Positions 38,387 to 59,639 of a DNA stretch of 64,000 nt are shown here, one piece after another. Source of the stretch: Tubiluchus corallicola (taxonomy: Eukaryota > Animalia > Priapulida); NCBI GenBank assembly GCA_030141605.1, contig JAQGDQ010000105.1, positions 248,001-312,000 of the forward strand, in the 5' to 3' direction. Position 1 is the stretch's first letter. Every line of letters starts with the position of its first letter. Under the pieces are notes generated by a model. The model worked only from the letters and a program-made list of their open reading frames with translations, made no database searches and was not told the DNA's origin. The position numbers were made by a program, and so were the translations under genes.

Positions 38387-39736
38387 ATGACAGGCAATGA
38401 TGTAATAGTGATTGCTACGAATGCTACACTTACTAATGAAAGTGTCGCATTAACAGCTTCACCTGATAGTGAAATTAGCACCCAGGTTCTGTTGCGCATT
38501 ACTCAGATCTACGTACCTCTGATCATTTTTGTTGGGCTGATCGGCAACACGTTGTCTGTGATAGTCTTCTTTTCCACTAAATTGCGAGAAATGTCTTCTA
38601 GTTATTATCTCTCAGCTTTGGCTACTGCTGACTGTGGAGTTTTACTTGCCTTGATGATAGTCTGGCTGAACTCCTTAGACGTGAGATGGTACACCAAAAA
38701 TGGGGGCTGCCAGATGGTCATCTACCTAACTTTTGTCTGTAGTTTTCTTTCTGTTTGGTTTGTGGTGGCTTTCACTGTGGAAAGGTTTATTGCAGTGTGC
38801 TATCCGTTACATCGGCCCACGATGTGTACAGTTAAGCGAGCAAAAATGACGATAGGTGGCCTATCACTAGTATCTTTAATCATGTACAGCTACACTTTTG
38901 TAATGGTGGGGATGATAGAAGAAAATGGGCAGTCACAATGCTTGTTGTTTCCACAGTATTTGGAGGCCATGACTGTGCTGAACAATGTGGATACTGTCAT
39001 AACGCTCATCGTGCCCTTCATTGTTATAGTTAGTATGAACGTCACTATTGCTCTAAAAGTCATAGCTTTTTATAAACGCCGGGCAGAAATGAATGGCGAA
39101 CTGCAGCTCATGCCCAATCATAGTCCCCAGTCTTCCCGAGGCGACCTCAGATGGCGCTGTCATCCGCGCATGCAGTATGTACACAACAGACAATTCGTTA
39201 ATGGTGCTCCGGCCAATCAGAGCTCTGTGTCCCTACGTAATAGCCATCTTTCGGGGAGCTTGCGTTCTTCTCAGGGTTACATCACCCGAAGAGGTCCTGG
39301 TCGTAGCAGTTACAGAGACACTCTGCGGAGCAGAAACCAGATCAGGATTACAAAAATGTTACTGTTTATTTCTACAGTGTTTATACTTTTGAACTTGCCA
39401 AGTCACGCGGTGCGCATTTACGTCTTCATTCAGCAAATGCGTGGTGGTTTTCAACCAACCAGTCGTCTAGAACGCATCCAACAATACACTCAACTCATCT
39501 ACTACACCAATTTTGCCATTAACTTTTTCTTGTACAGTTTGGCAGGGGCTAACTTTCGCAAGGCGTTAAAAAACTTAGAAATATGTAATATTTGCTGTTG
39601 CACGTCATCAGACAGACAGTCAGACGAAGGATTTCAGCCCCCTCTAGCGGTAGTGCACTTTCCTCTAAAGCCCATTATACACAGCAGCCGCAGTCGGGAT
39701 AGCTGTAACTCACAGAATTCATCCATTCTTGCATGA
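38387..39736 (+). CDS. CNMaR: Class A (rhodopsin-like) neuropeptide GPCR, CNMamide-receptor-like, 449 aa, ORF not interrupted by introns
   Basis: Seven hydrophobic segments with GNxLS (TM1), YLSALATAD (TM2), C..TM3 'SVWFVVAFTVERFIAVCYPL' (ERF variant of DRY), TM5 'VITLIVPF', TM6 'ITKMLLFISTVFILLNLPS', TM7 'NFAINFFLY', N-glycosylation sequons NAT/NES in the N-terminus and a CCC palmitoylation-like motif. The strings 'VFFSTKLR.MSSSYYL.ALA' and 'YPL.R.TMCTVKRAK' are what I recall from arthropod CNMa receptors (Drosophila CG33696 family). GPCR identity is certain; the orthology is by recognition only. Candidate splice acceptors upstream end at 38105 and 38378. Confidence 0.9.
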   Translation: MTGNDVIVIATNATLTNESVALTASPDSEISTQVLLRITQIYVPLIIFVGLIGNTLSVIVFFSTKLREMSSSYYLSALATADCGVLLALMIVWLNSLDVRWYTKNGGCQMVIYLTFVCSFLSVWFVVAFTVERFIAVCYPLHRPTMCTVKRAKMTIGGLSLVSLIMYSYTFVMVGMIEENGQSQCLLFPQYLEAMTVLNNVDTVITLIVPFIVIVSMNVTIALKVIAFYKRRAEMNGELQLMPNHSPQSSRGDLRWRCHPRMQYVHNRQFVNGAPANQSSVSLRNSHLSGSLRSSQGYITRRGPGRSSYRDTLRSRNQIRITKMLLFISTVFILLNLPSHAVRIYVFIQQMRGGFQPTSRLERIQQYTQLIYYTNFAINFFLYSLAGANFRKALKNLEICNICCCTSSDRQSDEGFQPPLAVVHFPLKPIIHSSRSRDSCNSQNSSILA

Positions 39737-42700
39737 CCTCTTATACATCTTTCGTTTTGACTTTTCTCTTTTGACTGTTGTTAATTACGAACAGATTTAA
39801 AATCACTGTCTTTCTCTTATACCTATCTTGGATTACATGTATATTAAAAGCTTTAATATTTAAAACAAATTGAGCAAATACGTCATCATGCCATTTCAAA
39901 CTTTTCGTATTTTGAGTTAACACCTTTCAAAATGCCTATAGTAACTTTTACAAGCTAATAAAGTTCGAGATAAACTGTTTTTGAGACCGTTAGTACTGTA
40001 TTTAAGACATGCAAATCGGTTTAAATCGGATTGTCTAATTACAGCTCGAAGATACATTTACAGTATTTTCCAAAAGAAATTGCTTAAAATGACTGACCAT
40101 TAATGCTATTTTGAATAAGAAGCAACATTATACTTCAAATAAAAAAACGGTGTAAATCAAGTTGGTTTATCTTAGCTGTAATTATAATTATGTCTACGTT
40201 GTAATGTATATAAAATAATAACAAGGACAGAAGCTTGTTGCTCAATGATTCAGAAACGCTGTAGTGCACTGCCAGTTTTTGTGAGAATCATATTCCCATG
40301 TCAAAAATTGGTTATTTCAAGTTTTTCGTAAAACGCATCTAACATGTAATAATGGTATTCTGACTGAAAATCAGGCGGTTGCCAATTGATTGATCTTGTA
40401 ACTAAAACTTTACAGTTACCTTGCAAATCATGTAGATCGAATTTTGCTTGAATAAGAAATGTTAGGAAATATCAAGATCGTGAAAGTCGTAAGGAGATTT
40501 TTTCATTGACAGTAATACTATGTTGTAGCCTATTCTATTTAAATTTCAATGGTGCACATATATAATTATATTTATAACGTGTTGCTAATTTTATTTCGTT
40601 ACAGTAATAAAGCTACGTTTACTTTCTAATATCTTGCATTGACTTTTTATCATTGTATGTGTAGGGTTCTATTAGAATAAGTCATTTCTACTCCTATTCC
40701 GACACTTCCTACTCTGGCTTTACAAAAACAGCGAAGTCATCATGCAGTGACGAAGATCACATTTATGTAAGCCTTGGACAATTTTACAATTTTTCTTATA
40801 TAAAATTAAGAACTGCAACATGACATAGTAAGTGGCAGTACAGTGTCTGTTCTTCACAATGCAATGCGTTAAGAACATGGGAAAATGTATAGGAACTGGG
40901 ACCGGGTGAGTTGAGGTGAATGAGGATCAATCGGCTATTTTTAAACTGTTTAGCACTTTAAAGTTTATGTAAATTACACGGTGTCTCAGATTATACACAT
41001 TGCATTTTCTATATTTTTTCAAACAATCAAAGCAAAATGTTTGAAAATTGGTACAGATGAACTAAAACCTGAGGCAATTATTTTGATCAAATTGCTCGAG
41101 AAGCTGAAAAGAACGATTGCGTTAGCAGGCATTACTACTTTCACAACTTTCTTCTGAAACCTCAACATGCTCAGACTATCCAATAGCAAATCGGTTATCT
41201 TGCATTGAGTAAGTTGTCTTATAACCTATGAGTGGTGAAGAAGGTCTGCACCTTGCTTAAAAACTACATTACTAATAGAGGGATAATAGTGTGGCCGATA
41301 TGATGCTCTGAATTTCCATTGAACGATCCACTGAATTTCCATTTTAGACTGATTATGCACCTCATTTCTAAAGTTACTGTCGTCGCCATAGCAACCGGGT
41401 TCAAGTCAAAAAGTAAAAGAATTATTGCCAAAGCCCCTTTGATTCACGTGAAAGCTTGCAGAAATTAGAGGAAAATTTAAAACGGAAATTATAAATTAGT
41501 GTGTAGTAACTTTTGAGACACATATACACTAACATGATAATAAGCAGCTATTTTGTGAATTCTTATGTGAGTGTATATACTTGTAATAACTATTAATATT
41601 GCAGGACTCACACCCGCCCTCCAAAAATAACACTCCTGTCACTCGAGTCTGATTGAATCCACAATGAGGCAGAAATATCTCGTTCTGAAAATTAATGTTC
41701 CTTTCCTTATTACCTACATGTTAACATTACGCTACTAATTACTACTACTATGAAAATATGAGCCATGTCTAATTGTTACTGCGATTTCACTCTGCAAGTC
41801 TTTAGAGTTTCTGATATTGTTGCGGAAATGGACTTCCGACTTTAGTTATTCTACTTCAGCTAACAAACAAAGGCTCTCAATTCTAACAATTCTAGCAAGC
41901 TCTTTTATTAAAAGTTGCCTTTTGGGACTCACAAATAGATTTTGTCAGCCTATTAGGTTCTCATATCTTTGGAAAATGTGTGTCGCGCGCATGCGTACCA
42001 ATCACAGTTTTATCCTGCCAAAGAAAACTTGCTTGTAGACTGTAGGCTGATGATCCACCAACCAACCAAGCTGACCGACTTACTTAACAACTAACCAACT
42101 TTCGAGCTAACAAACTAACCAAACGAGCGACACATAAATAAACAAACAAATAAAGTAAGAATTTTAACTAAAAAACTGACCTATCGATTAATTACATAGG
42201 TAATTAAGAAGCGCAAAACAAGAAAACCTACGACCTCGTTATTATTCAAACTTGTAAGGGAACATAATAAGCATAAGAAGCAATGGATTGCTAGAAACTA
42301 GAAAACCCATAGCAGTTAACATCCAATACGGTTAATCAAATATTCAACTACTCTATTATAAGTCGTCCAAGACATCAATTCTTAGGAAGTTGAACGTGCA
42401 ACAGGCAGGCAAATGGAAGTTCGGCAGGTGGAATGGATAGTTAAGCAAGCAAGCAACCCGGTAAGTATAACAACAGGTATCAGTTAACTGGTATCTAGTC
42501 AACACTTTAGACAATAGGTCCAAATATGCACCATAAAGAAAATAGGAACAATAATTAATAAAGTTATAGTCAGGAGGCAACTTTTTGCTGTGCTGCAAAT
42601 TAGTAATTGGATAGCTGCCCTGCGGTAACACACAATTAGGATAAATACAACGCATCACATCCGCAGTTCTGCAGATAATAACATATTATTATATATCAAA

Positions 42701-43815
42701 TTATAGTAATGCTGTGGACAACGTAATTCTGATGACAAAAAGAATGCGTCATTGAAACTTATTAATGGGTTTTGTTGCCACTTTTGGACAGGCAGTCGTG
42801 CAACACTGACAAAATAGTTCAAAATACAGGGGTACAAATTATAATAAGCTATAAATTCTATAAAAAACTAAAAAATTAAACATATTTAGTAAGGAGAAAA
42901 ACTCACTTCAAATGTGCGAAAGTCTGAAAAATTTGGTCTCAAATGTATCCACGTAATCCATATGCAACAATATGAAAAAGCTAGAATAGAAGAAATGAGG
43001 ATCCGGCAAGGCGTCCCATTTGCTCTTTTCTTGAAAATTTTGATCATTTTCTAAAGAAAAGTATGGGTTGCATTTGCTGTTGTCATAAATTCGTTTTTCG
43101 AAAAAATTGAAAATAGGCATTTTCGAGGAGATCCATAGAGAAATTAGCATGAAAGAAAACATACGTAATGTAACGATGTATACGACAGATACATTTAATG
43201 GGTGTCATCAGTTTAAAAGGCATTCTCGAGTAAAGTAAAAGTAAAAAATCGGGCTCCGTCACTACCTATGCAATGGCTTGTAGTACCAGCATTTTCAATC
43301 TCAGGCTTCAGTCTCCTACGTTGGAAAATGTCAAAGACAAATGTGGCAACATCATCAACAACAACATTAGCAACGACATGGCCTAGCTTCAGTGATCCCA
43401 TACTTCGTACCGAACCCAAAAAAACAATGGAGTTCGAAGATAGCTTTTCCTTTATTTTCACTTGCAGTTTCTGGCGTTTTTACTTTTTCAAAAATTATGA
43501 AATAACGAAACTGCGGCTTTTCAATAACTTTTTCACGTTTCCTTATTTGAAGTGTTTTGAAAACTTAACAAATTAATATTATATTCAATAATATCGTGTT
43601 CATTATTGTAAATTATAAAAAAATCGTTATAAACACACACGCACACGCACACGCACACATACATATATATTTATTTATTTATTTACGCGATATGTCAAAT
43701 TGCTCAGTAACCTAGAACTGATATTTATCATAGTGATTATTTTAGAGAACAATTGCATTTTTGTGAGCACACCTATCCTAGTTTGTATATGAGCTATATT
43801 ATTGAAAATTACGCC

Positions 43816-44320
43816 TTAAAGCATAAGAGACAGCCTTCAAAAATAAATTTTAAAAATTCGTTTCGAATTTTTTCACACTTACGCGCTTTCTTATTGCATA
43901 CAGGGCTTGAGCTAGCAGCAGCGCTGTATAAAACTTGTAAATTTTGGTAACTACCGTGTCGACCTTTAAACGTAGCCATTTTAATGGTAAGTCGTTTGCT
44001 ACAAGTTTAGATAACGTAAAGTTTGAAAAAATCACAAAGTATTCGTAACACAGTCTTTGTAACACACACTTAAATAAATAAAAATTTAAATTATTTTATA
44101 TTGCCAATAAGATCAATAATACGTTTTTGGTGAATTAGCGATGTACACTGGGATGGCGATGTAATGCTGTTTTATCAACTTGAGCGAATATTTTAAATTA
44201 TTAAGAATTTTCGTTTTCAATTACGTGTCTTTCAAACAGGTAAGTGTAATGCTAAGTAATATCACATTGTATGGAAAGTTCTTTGGCATATACTTTAAAA
44301 TTCCTTTTTCTTCCCCTATA
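43816..44320 (+). mobile_element. Interspersed repeat family B, copy 3
   Basis: Begins TTAAAGCATAAGA and ends TTCTTCCCCTATA; colinear with 7338-7840. Confidence 0.75.
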
Positions 44321-44433
44321 AATCAGGCTTGCCTACAAACATGAATTTAATTAGTTAATAATTACAACATTTGAAAATATTAAACTGATTGATGAGCTGT
44401 TAAGGTTGATCTAAATTCTGTATTGATACAAAA

Positions 44434-44503
44434 AGCTGTATGATCTAGTGGTCTAAGACATTGAATTTGTAATTTAAAAGTTATTAGTTCAAATGCAGAC
44501 TCT
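44434..44503 (+). pseudogene. Degenerate tRNA-like sequence (tRNA pseudogene or SINE head)
   Basis: A-box-like TGATCTAGTGG, anticodon-arm-like TTGAA-TTTGTAA-TTTAA, B-box-like AGTTCAAATGC; acceptor and T stems pair poorly. Confidence 0.35.
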
Positions 44504-45542
44504 GTTGTGTTTTTTCACACTTTCTTTTTTCGAATGAATGCGCTTCCAAGTTAAACATCAGGCAGAAAGTTTATATGCACATCTTGCTGGAAACTAGAAT
44601 CTATCTGTAATCTACAGCGTTATTTATTTTGATTCGCAACCAAGTGTTGCATGTATCACCACCAAATATGCAGCGAATACTGCGAAGTATGTATGTCACT
44701 ATGCTTAGATGACCATTTATTAGCGCATGCGCAACCAAACGAAGAATCGTGTGACCTTTTCGATGGTGACTTTAACTTTTGGTACAACAGGAAAAATCAA
44801 CTATTACAATTTGCTAAAGAAATTTACAAGAAAAGATACAAAGTAAATAATTTGTGATTTAGTGCTTAATTTGCAGTATGTTTCACTTATTATAGTTACA
44901 ATTAATTATTTGATGAATTTTTTGTCGTGGTATTTGCTCTACGTAACAATAAAGCGTTTCCTTGTTGTTTTTGCCTCTAATGAAGTGACTTTAAATACGT
45001 TCTCTTATTCACGCATGTTATTATACTTACAAGTAATGTGAGAGTGAATGATAGCAAAAATGGTTAGTATGAGCAACAAAAAAGAAAACAGATTTTTGCG
45101 CGAAGTAGTATAAGTACTTGGGAAGTTTCTTTCCATCACTAAATAGGATTATTTGACCAGATAACGCAAACGAAGGATGGCTGTCAAATGTAGTTTACGT
45201 GCAATTTAAGACTGTTTCAAAGCACGAAAAATTTCTGCGCTGAGATCGTTACGTAAGTTCTTAACATTACCTGAAGGTGATAAAGTCCTAACTGGATTGG
45301 AAACTAAAGCTTTTCTAGAAGTGACGTAATTTGGTGTGCATTTCAGTGCAAAACCCTGGTATTACAACGGTAGGTTTTATTACAAACTTTTTCTTTCGCG
45401 TTTTGACGTTTCTTTTTTGAGATACGAAGTCAACTAACAAAGTAGCATAAATGAAGTAACGGCGGGCGAAAGAAAAAGGGACGAAAAAGAGCGTTCATAC
45501 TATAAGAACAGCAGGAAGAGAGAGAAAGGGGGAAAAGAAAGA

Positions 45543-45546
<4 letters not shown>

Positions 45547-45608
<62 letters not shown>

Positions 45609-45635
45609 TGGGAAGAGAGAGAAAGAGAGTGAGAG
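45547..45635. repeat. (GA)n microsatellite / purine tract
   Basis: Directly visible. Confidence 0.95.
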
Positions 45636-45822
45636 TGACGGAAATTGCTAGTTCGATTACTAATAATTGTTGAAACCACTGGGGCTGCGAAATCTAAATG
45701 CGAATGCTACTTGCAAAAAAATAAGATTACAGGCTCTCTAACTTGTCAAACTTCTCTAGTTGTGTATTTGCAATTTTAGTTGTTATTTAGCGTTAACATT
45801 ATACATTTTAAGTTAACTATAA

Positions 45823-46390
45823 GGCTAGGACTCCATGTGCGCGCAATGCGTAATGCGTATTGACTGTTTCCATGTGTCCATGAACGCTATGCGTATTGAC
45901 AAAGCCTCGATCGCTCCGCCATTTTTATTGCTGTTCGTGAAAACTGGAAGTAATAATTTTTGGAAGCGATGTCTCATCATCATGATGAATTTCATCATCA
46001 TAATTACAGCGGTGGCATTAGCTTATAATTGTACTACTAGACGGCAAAGGAAGCGCAGGTTTTAGGAGCACAACGTTTTACAGGGGAGAGAGAACTGTAC
46101 GGCAAGTATCATCATTTAGTGAAAGAACTGTAACTAGATGCGTAACACATAAATATACACTTTATCCAGCTCCCAAAAACTCAAATAGAAGAAATATTGT
46201 TGTTTGCAAGTCTTGTAATGACCATAACTCACATAACCAGAATTTCCAGAAAGCCAATCAGCAAAAATTGTTACGGGAAATTTGAAAACTCACTAAATCA
46301 CCTAGGCAACGGCGGTTTCCCGTCTGCGTATTGCTGCGTGATGCTTTTTCGATTCACGCATCACGCATTACGTACATTATGCGTACCTTT
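45823..46390 (+). mobile_element. Decayed PIF/Harbinger deletion derivative
   Basis: Starts TAA-GGCTAGG; subterminal GCGTAATGCGT / ACGCATTACG inverted motifs; the internal frame RRQRKRRF*EHNVLQGR..LYGKYHHLVKEL*LD..RKPIS resembles the N-terminus of Harbinger transposases (RRRRWWVHP..R..GEYH.LV.EL..D). Confidence 0.65.
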
Positions 46391-47952
46391 GAAATCAATC
46401 AATATCCGTATACCTTTAGTCTTTAATTAACAATAGTGCATTTCCAAAAAAAAACAAAAAAAACACTAAAAGCTGTAGCACTGCAGTAATAGCAACCAGT
46501 TTCTCTAATTTTTGCGATAACTCTTGAAGGACAAGCATCGCCTAATAAACTACTCTGGAAATTAATTAAGGTACATCTATTAACTGAAAGTGAGCAAAAA
46601 CTCCTACGTATCTCAAAGCTAGCCAGGCAGTTTACAGTAGATTAATAAGCTACAATAACCGCATACTCCCTTGTCTACGTTATAAATGTAAAGTTGTAAT
46701 CAAGGAAATTAAATGCTTTAACGGGCATTTCAAATTAATTGCACACGGTAAAGAATGCAGTGTAGTTATTAGTAGAAATTAACAAAATTAGCTTCCGCAG
46801 TTTGTACCTGCCTACGCAATGCCACGATGCACTTTTAAACAGAGGCGAGAGAGACCTTGAATTATATAGATAAAATTGCTGCTTTTGATAACATGGCCGA
46901 TTAAATTAATCAAACAATGAATTGTCCAAATTCAATGAGACGATAAAATGCATAAGTGTTTGATATGTTTTTCATATTAAGTAACTTGATGTGCAATGAA
47001 GATGAGTAGTGTGGTCGAAATAGTACAGATCTAGAATTTTCTCATCAATATACAATGCCAAATTAAACTTGCACACTTTAATTTAAATCATTTTTTATGC
47101 TGAATAACTAAAATGCAAATACGCTATCAGCGAAGTTTGATAAATTTGAATTAGATGTTTTAAGAGCTATGAAATTATTTTTTACATGTTATATAATGTA
47201 GATTTTGCAGTGACAAAGATTACATTTTTTTTCAGTAAGATGGTGTAGGTGTAAATGTTCATATTGATAAAACGACAAAAAATAATTGAAAAAAAGTTTT
47301 AAAACTTACTACAATTCAAATCAAGCATTTAGTATTTTGCTTCACTAAATTGGTTTATGTATGGAGTGTTGTTTATTTAGTGTTGTTTTCAGGTTTTGCA
47401 TATATTTTAATTAGTTTTAACTTCTTGTATTTGTACTGAAAATGTTTTTTGTTTTATTGGTTATGTGAAAATAATAAATAAGTAAACTATTCCAATTTTT
47501 CCAAATTTAATTTTGATATCCTTTAGTGAGCTTGTAAGTTTCAGTAAGAGCCTTAATCCTTCTAATAATTTCTAATGTTCAATTTTGATATTACGCTACT
47601 AGTAGTGTTGTTGTTATATTCTTCGCTTGAAAACTTTCCCCTTCCTTAATCCTATTACCTTCTACGCCCTATTGGCCTTTAACGGTATATTTTGTAACTG
47701 CTGACTGATGATATAGGAGGACACTATAGACAACGTTATTTGTGTAAAATTGTTGTGAAAGTTATTGTTTTCGGAAATACTCTTGCATAGTACAGAATTC
47801 CTCGTCGACGCACATTTTAAACTCGTGTTACACTAACATTATTGTTATTATTTATCACAGAACCCCTTGTTATTGTGCCATCTCGTTTCGTTTTGTTGTC
47901 TGTTTGTCCGCTCCAATTTTTCTGTGGTTTTCAGGTCGTGGTTCCTGTAATC

Positions 47953-56665
<8,713 letters not shown>

Positions 56666-56849
56666 AACCTTACGCTCTAAAACCTATTATTTTGTCAATT
56701 AGTGTTTTTGTTACTAACTAAACGAGATGTCTATATCTGTTGTGATTAAAGCACTAAATATTATCAATCAACTGTATTTATGAAAAAGTGGAATTAATAA
56801 CAGAAAAACACAATTATATAACTTACTGTGGTATTATTGAGATTACGAC

Positions 56850-57371
56850 TTAAAGGAAAACAGGACCCAATTATAAACTATGGTGCATGATGAGCTAACA
56901 AAAAAAATTGAAAGGGAAAATATGATTTTTTAAGAATAACTTACGTAAAAGTTTTATTACTTTGGAAGACCCATTTAGTCATTTCGTGTTTGCGCGTTTC
57001 GCTATTCTTCATTTAAATGGGTAACAATGCTGTGATATCGAGAACGCGTGGAACAAAAAGAGGCATTGTACCTCACTGCAAGAACACAGTTCAGTTGTGA
57101 CGTGGCACTCAGTCTCGTAAGCACGGCTGTAAACTTGCCTTAATATGTAACATTATACAGTAGTGCCGTATTTAAATTTTCGCTCTCGCAAACACGTGCA
57201 ACACCTTAGTGAAATATCATCGCTAGCTGCGCTCGCCCGGCCGTTAAGTAAGTTTCTAAGCCAAAATTTAATTATGAGAAATATGTTGGTATTGTTAGAA
57301 TGACAATTTTACTAGTTTTGTTATAAATAAAGATTGAATAGGATCTGAAAAATTCTCCCATTTCCCTTTAA
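56850..57371. mobile_element. Kolobok-like MITE (single copy here)
   Basis: TTAA-AGGAAAACAGG ... CCCATTTCCCT-TTAA termini, ~520 bp, with a GC-richer core containing a GTAAGT donor at 57248. Confidence 0.5.
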
Positions 57372-57883
57372 TTTTAAACTGTTTAGCTTAGGAAAGTCAT
57401 CCCTGGCTGGAAATCCCAGTAAATTATAGGTAAGTAACAATATATGTTAATTAAACTTAGGATAATAAACGAGTTTTTCGTTAAAACGCATCAATGTATC
57501 ATACAAACCAGCAAATTAGCGTGGATACAATACAAGCTGTTTGTCTGTGTTGTTCAGAAAGTACTGGAATTTTGCAATACATTGGAAAGAAAAAAATTGC
57601 AGCAGCTACGAGCGCCAAAGCATAGCTTCGCCCACAGAGTTTTTGTACTGAACATGAAATGTTTACTGAGTTTACACAAAAGTTATATAAGTTATTACAT
57701 CCTGAGAACATAGTTACACACAAGTTAACTTAAAATCTGCAATACAATGTAACTTTTCTCGATTTCAAGCTATTTCATAAGTTTTTATTTTGTAGTTTAC
57801 ATATTTTGTACCCAGCATAATTATTAACTTGTGTATTGTATGATTAAAATGTTTTAGTGTTTATTTTCCTTCTCTGATAAGAA

Positions 57884-58313
57884 TTAGAGGAAGACGTAAA
57901 GCCAGAAAGTTGTTAATGTTAATCGTAGTCTTTATATTCATGTCTATGTTCTTATTTTTGTTGTTTCATTGACAATAAAGGCGCAGCCATTTTACGGTAG
58001 GTCTTTTAAACCAGTTTAGATCGAATTACCTAACGTTTGAATATAAACGGAGAATCTGCAGCGCACAATTCATTAATTAAGCGAAAGTATAAATCACTGT
58101 ATCTTGCACATACGATTAAAAATACATTTTTTGGTGAGACAGTGGTCAGTGGTTCACACATTTTACCAATTGCGCAAAATTTTTAAATTATTAAGAATTT
58201 TCTTTTCTAGTTGCCTAAGTCTTTCAAGCAGGTAGGCGTAATGCTAGGTAATATAATTTTGTATGGAAAGTTTGTTGAGATATACTTTAAAATTGCATTT
58301 TATTCCTCTTTAA
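57884..58313 (+). mobile_element. Interspersed repeat family B, copy 4
   Basis: Shares GCAGCCATTTT, AATTTTCTTTTCTAGTT, GCAGGTAGGCGTAATGCTA and TGTATGGAAAGT; ends CCTCTTTAA. Confidence 0.7.
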
Positions 58314-59630
58314 CAGTAATAACAAAATAAGTATTTAAACAAATTAATCAAACTAAAAAGAGGGCATTCTAGAGGCGTTTTGTGCACTGCGCACGACGCC
58401 GCACGTAACTAATTTGTGACGTTTTGTAGCTATTTCTTAATGCCAGCAGACATTGGTTATATTATATCACAGTTTTTGCCCTAGCATGAACATTTTAAGT
58501 AAAGGCTTCTTTTGAGTAGCCGTCTGGTCACGATCGTCGTATTATGCATTCTATCATATTGTAATAATGCGCATCGCACTGGACAAAGATATCAGGTTTT
58601 CAAGTTGTTAGCCTGTACCTCAAAAAAGTCTTTATCACGTGTCTTTCTATTAAGGTCATTCATTAGTAACAAATTAAATTTACTGTTTTCTGGGTGACGC
58701 AATAGCTATAAACACTGATTTTGCGCATTTGGAACGTATACGTATGAATGAACGAGCTTTCGGTGACCTTAGACCTACTTGACGCGGAGTTCATCGTGGA
58801 AGAGTTTTCCGCTGTGGCGCAAGATTACAAAGTTTTCATGAGATTAACAACTCAACTTAAATGCTATAACACACAAATTAAGGAATAAACTGATCGTACG
58901 GGTCAAAAATTATTTTAATAAAATGACTTTCATAACTGCATTCATAATTTGACTATACTAACATACTAGTGAAACTATCTCAAAAGATCCGTAACTGAGC
59001 CGAATTTCGTTTACATTTATTTAACGTTGCTGAACTTATTTTAACTTTGACTGATCACAACAACAACAGCAGTAATAGCAACAGCTGCTTTTTCGTTTAT
59101 TCATTTTTTCTCTTGATTTTTTTTTTCAGTTGCTGTCAAAGTGCCTGCAAGAACACTGCATAAACAAATAAATACACAAGCATAACATTTCGGCGTACTG
59201 TATCAGTTTAATGCTATATTAGTTATTATTTTATTGTGTTTTTTTAAGATGTCTTCTCTCCAATTTTTGGTTACAAAAAGAAGGTGTTGGAAGTGAAATA
59301 ACCTTTGGACCTCCTGATCTTAGAAAGTAAACCAAGCAAGGAACATTAGTATACAATTCAAGTACCATAAATAAAGTCGCAAAAAGGCCAAAGCTGTTAG
59401 CATCTAATCTACGACTATTAAACATATTGTGTTGACAGTGTGAGCCTTTTACGACTATATGAAAAATAAAAAGGCGCTAATGTAAGTTTCATATAACACT
59501 AAAAATGAAACGTGAATGTCTACATGTGTATTAGTTGATTGGCAAGTGTTTGAGCAATCCTTCTTAAATATCAGAACTTTTTATTATACTTGCTTATTTT
59601 AAACATAAAGCAACAATATTTCAAGTGAAA

Positions 59631-59639
59631 ATGAAAAAA
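59631..59639 (+). CDS. Candidate start mini-exon (ATG AAA AAA) of the SLC6 gene
   Basis: ATGAAAAAA is followed by a perfect donor GTAAGT at 59640; phase 0 matches the phase-0 acceptor at 61061, giving [16 protein letters not shown]. The alternative start is the in-exon ATG of 'EMEG'. Confidence 0.4.

Noticed and set aside
39093-39392. Alternative-frame 99-aa ORF inside the GPCR
   Set aside because: Expected by chance in GC-richer coding DNA; no recognisable motif.
43213-43576. Overlapping 82-aa and 102-aa ORFs
   Set aside because: No recognisable domain or convincing splice signals; cannot be supported as coding.
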